From positions 80,182-144,181 of the forward strand of contig NIVC01002740.1 in NCBI GenBank assembly GCA_002269645.1: a stretch of DNA of 64,000 nt. The letters run 5' to 3'. Within the stretch, counting starts at the first letter, position 1. Each line of letters opens with the position of its first letter. A program made the translations under genes and the position numbers. Source of the stretch: Macrostomum lignano (Eukaryota). Below are positions 59,901 to 64,000 of the stretch, in pieces. The notes beneath the pieces were generated by a model that was not told the origin of the DNA, made no database searches, and worked only from the letters and a program-made list of their open reading frames with translations.

Positions 59901-62900
59901 TTAGGTGGATCAGCTACTTCACAGCACTTCTATGCGATAATCTGAGCCAGGAGTCTCCGAGAGCCTCTCGTTACACATCCAGATGTTCTGCCTTGATGCT
60001 GGACTAGCTCACTTTCTAGGAATCTGTTCTGATTGCATTCTAACAAACTGAAGCATTTTCTGCACTAAACTTTCTCGGCGGCTCTGAGAGCCAGAGCCTC
60101 AAACAGACAGAGAAATCTGTTCGAGTTGTGTCTGTAGGTTAGGTGGACCAGCTACTCCACAGCACTTCTAGGCGATAATCTGAGCCAGGAGTCTCCGAGA
60201 GCCTCTCGTTACACATCCAGATGTTCTGCCTTGATGCTGGACTAGCTCACTTTCTAGGAATCTGTTCTGATTGCATTCTAACAAACTGAAGCATTTTCTG
60301 CACTAAACTTTCTCGGCGGCTCTGAGAGCCAGAGCCTCAAACAGACAGAGAAATCTGTTCGAGTTGTGTCTGTAGGTTAGGTGGACCAGCTACTCCACAG
60401 CACTTCTAGGCGATAATCTGAGCCAGGAGTCTCCGAGAGCCTCTCGTTACACATCCAGATGTTCTGCCTTGATGCTGGACTAGCTCACTTTCTAGGAATC
60501 TGTTCTGATTGCACTCTAACAAACTGAAGCATTTTCTGCACTAAACTTTCTCGGCGGCTCTGAGAGCCAGAGCCTCAAACAGACAGAGAAATCTGTTCGA
60601 GTTGTGTCTGTAGGTTAGGTGGACCAGGTACTCCACAGCACTTCTAGGCGATAATCTGAGCCAGGAGTCTCCGAGAGCCTCTCGTTACACATCCAGATGT
60701 TCTGCCTTGATGCTGGACTAGCTCACTTTCTAGGAATCTGTTCTGATTGCATTCTAACAAACTGAAGCATTTTCTGCACTAAACTTTCTCGGCGGCTCTG
60801 AGAGCCAGAGCCTAAACAGATAGAGAAATCTGTTCGAGTTGTGTCTGTAGGTTAGGTGGACCAGCTACTCCACAGCACTTCTAGGCGATAATCTGAGCCA
60901 GGAATCTCCGAGAGCCTCTCGTTACACATCCAGATGTTCTGCCTTGATGCTGGACTAGCTCACTTTCTAGGAATCTGTTCTGATTGCATTCTAACAAACT
61001 GAAGCATTTTCTGCACTAAACTTTCTCGGCGGCTCTGAGAGCCAGAGCCCCAAACAGACAGAGAAATCTGTTCGAGTTGTGTCTGTAGGTTAGGTGGACC
61101 AGCTACTCCACAGCACTTCTAGGCGATAATCTGAGCCAGGAGTCTCCGAGAGCCTCTCGTTACACATCCAGATGTTCTGCCTTGATGCTGGACTAGCTCA
61201 CTTTCTAGGAATCTGTTCTGATTGCATTCTAACAAACTGAAGCATTTTCTGCACTAAACTTTCTCGGCGGCTCTGAGAGCCAGAGCCCAAACAGACAGAG
61301 AAATCTGTTCGAGTTGTGTCTGTAGGTTAGGTGGACCAGCTACTCCACAGCACTTCTAGGCGATAATCTGAGCCAGGAGTCTCCGAGAGCCTCTCGTTAC
61401 ACATCCAGATGTTCTGCCTTGATGCTGGACTAGCTCACTTTCTAGGAATCTGTTCTGATTGCATTCTAACAAACTGAAGCATTTTCTGCACTAAACTTTC
61501 TCGGCGGCTCTGAGAGCCAGAGCCTAAACAGACAGAGAAATCTGTTCGAGTTGTGTCTGTAGGTTAGGTGGACCAGCTACTTCACAGCACTTCTATGCGA
61601 TAATCTGAGCCAGGAGTCTCCGAGAGCCTCTCGTTACACATCCAGATGTTCTGCCTTGATGCTGGACTAGCTCACTTTCTAGGAATCTGTTCTGATTGCA
61701 TTCTAACAAACTGAAGCATTTTCTGCACTAAACTTTCTCGGCGGCTCTGAGAGCCAGAGCCCCAAACAGACAGAGAAATCTGTTCGAGTTGTGTCTGTAG
61801 GTTAGGTGGACCAGCTACTCCACAGCACTTCTAGGCGATAATCTGAGCCAGGAGTCTCCGAGAGCCTCTCGTTACACATCCAGATGTTCTGCCTTGATGC
61901 TGGACTAGCTCACTTTCTAGGAATCTGTTCTGATTGCATTCTAACAAACTGAAGCATTTTCTGCACTAAACTTTCTCGGCGGCTCTGAGAGCCAGAGCCC
62001 CAAACAGACAGAGAAATCTGTTCGAGTTGTGTCTGTAGGTTAGGTGGACCAGCTACTCCACAGCACTTCTAGGCGATAATCTGAGCAGGAGTCTCCGAGA
62101 GCCTCTCGTTACACATCCAGATGTTCTGCCTTGATGCTGGACTAGCTCACTTTCTAGGAATCTGTTCTGATTGCATTCTAACAAACTGAAGCATTTTCTG
62201 CACTAAACTTTCTCGGCGGCTCTGAGAGCCAGAGCCTAAACAGACAGAGAAATCTGTTCGAGTTGTGTCTGTAGGTTAGGTGGATCAGCTACTTCACAGC
62301 ACTTCTATGCGATAATCTGAGCCAGGAGTCTCCGAGAGCCTCTCGTTACACATCCAGATGTTCTGCCTTGATGTTGGACTAGCTCACTTTCTAGGAATCT
62401 GTTCTGATTGCATTCTAACAAACTGAAGCATTTTCTGCACTAAACTTTCTCGGCGGCTCTGAGAGCCAGAGTCTAAACAGACAGAGAAATCTGTTCGAGT
62501 TGTGTCTGTAGGTTAGGTGGACCAGCTACTCCACAGCACTTCTAGGCGATAATCTGAGCCAGGAGTCTCCGAGAGCCTCTCGTTACACATCCAGATGTTC
62601 TGCCTTGATGCTGGACTAGCTCACTTTCTAGGAATCTGTTCTGATTGCATTCTAACAAACTGAAGCATTTTCTGCACTAAACTTTCTCGGCGGCTCTGAG
62701 AGCCAGAGTCTAAACAGACAGAGAAATCTGTTCGAGTTGTGTCTGTAGGTTAGGTGGATCAGCTACTCCACAGCACTTCTAGGCGATAATCTGAGCCAGG
62801 AGTCTCCGAGAGCCTCTCGTTACACATCCAGATGTTCTGCCTTGATGTGGACTAGCTCACTTTCTAGGAATCTGTTCTGATTGCATTCTAACAAACTGAA

Positions 62901-63715
62901 GCATTTTCTGCACTAAACTTTCTCGGCGGCTCTGAGAGCCAGAGCCTAAACAGACAGAGAAATCTGTTCGAGTTGTGTCTGTAGGTTAGGTGGATCAGCT
63001 ACTTCACAGCACTTCTATGCGATAATCTGAGCCAGGAGTCTCCGAGAGCCTCTCGTTACACATCCAGATGTTCTGCCTTGATGTTGGACTAGCTCACTTT
63101 CTAGGAATCTGTTCTGATTGCATTCTAACAAACTGAAGCATTTTCTGCACTAAACTTTCTCGGCGGCTCTGAGAGCCAGAGTCTAAACAGACAGAGAAAT
63201 CTGTTCGAGTTGTGTCTGTAGGTTAGGTGGACCAGCTACTCCACAGCACTTCTAGGCGATAATCTGAGCAGGAGTCTCCGAGAGCTCTCGTTACACATCC
63301 AGATGTTCTGCCTTGATGCTGGACTAGCTCACTTTCTAGGAATCTGTTCTGATTGCATTCTAACAAACTGAAGCATTTTCTGCACTAAACTTTCTCGGCG
63401 GCTCTGAGAGCCAGAGTCTAAACAGACAGAGAAATCTGTTCGAGTTGTGTCTGTAGGTTAGGTGGATCAGCTACTCCACAGCACTTCTAGGCGATAATCT
63501 GAGCCAGGAGTCTCCGAGAGCCTCTCGTTACACATCAGATGTTCTGCCTTGATGTTGGACTAGCTCACTTTCTAGAATCTGTTCTGATTGCATTCTAACA
63601 AACTGAAGCATTTCTGCACTAAACTTTCTCGGCGGCTCTGAGAGCCAGAGCCTAAACAGACAGAGAAATCTGTTCGAGTTGTGTCTGTAGGTTAGGTGGA
63701 CCAGCTTCTCTACAG
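53976..63715. repeat. 238-bp satellite array, about 40 copies
   Basis: Period 238 measured repeatedly (58687, 58925, 59163, 59401); 237-bp variants occur. Very homogeneous, with two interruptions by ~70-bp subunits (~55318 and ~56409). Confidence 0.98.
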
Positions 63716-64000
63716 CAATTGAGTTGCAGGCCTTGCAGCTAGCTACTTTGAGATCATCAAACGAAACTCACTTTTTTGGTCTCGGTGTCGACGGATTTGC
63801 GAGCAGACTGATGATTTTCACCAGGCGAATGCGGCTTCTTCGATTTCGCAGTAGCTTTTTGCGACGTTTTTTTTAGTTTTTATGTAGGCTTGGCGTCCTT
63901 TTTTGGCGGGTCATCATATCTGTTTATAGATTACAGTTTTAGGCACAATAAATTTATTATGGATGAAACTTGGAGTAAGGATTAACATTAGACCTAATAA

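Noticed and set aside
53976-63715. CRISPR-like array or tandem snRNA/5S/SL RNA cluster
   Set aside because: No unique spacers, eukaryotic context, and no recognisable 5S, Sm-site or snRNA sequence in the monomer.

Overview
Eukaryotic (metazoan, invertebrate) genomic DNA with spliced genes. GC-rich exons, poly-Q/A/G tracts and minisatellite-packed introns suggest a free-living flatworm such as Macrostomum, but this is inference only. Left to right: a disrupted, intron-containing hAT/ZNF862-type transposase (0.4-3.5 kb); a 7-exon hnRNP U-like gene with no SAP domain (6.0-13.4 kb); two tandem, strongly diverged DDA1 paralogues with identical exon phases (15.7-21.3 kb); a Shc adaptor whose 6.5-kb intron holds Crypton and CACTA fossils (23.0-30.8 kb); a candidate glycan-recognition cluster of two CUB/C-type-lectin genes (- strand) interleaved with four two-exon secreted single-WSC-domain genes (+ strand), which share an upstream motif (33-43 kb); a divergent Gs-like G-alpha gene carrying about 170 aa of low-complexity insertion, with an internally deleted Gypsy element in its last intron (43.6-50.2 kb); and a ~9.7-kb array of a 238-bp satellite (54-63.7 kb). 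All exon models were assembled by hand from GT-AG sites and checked for frame. Family assignments come from remembered motifs, not database searches.
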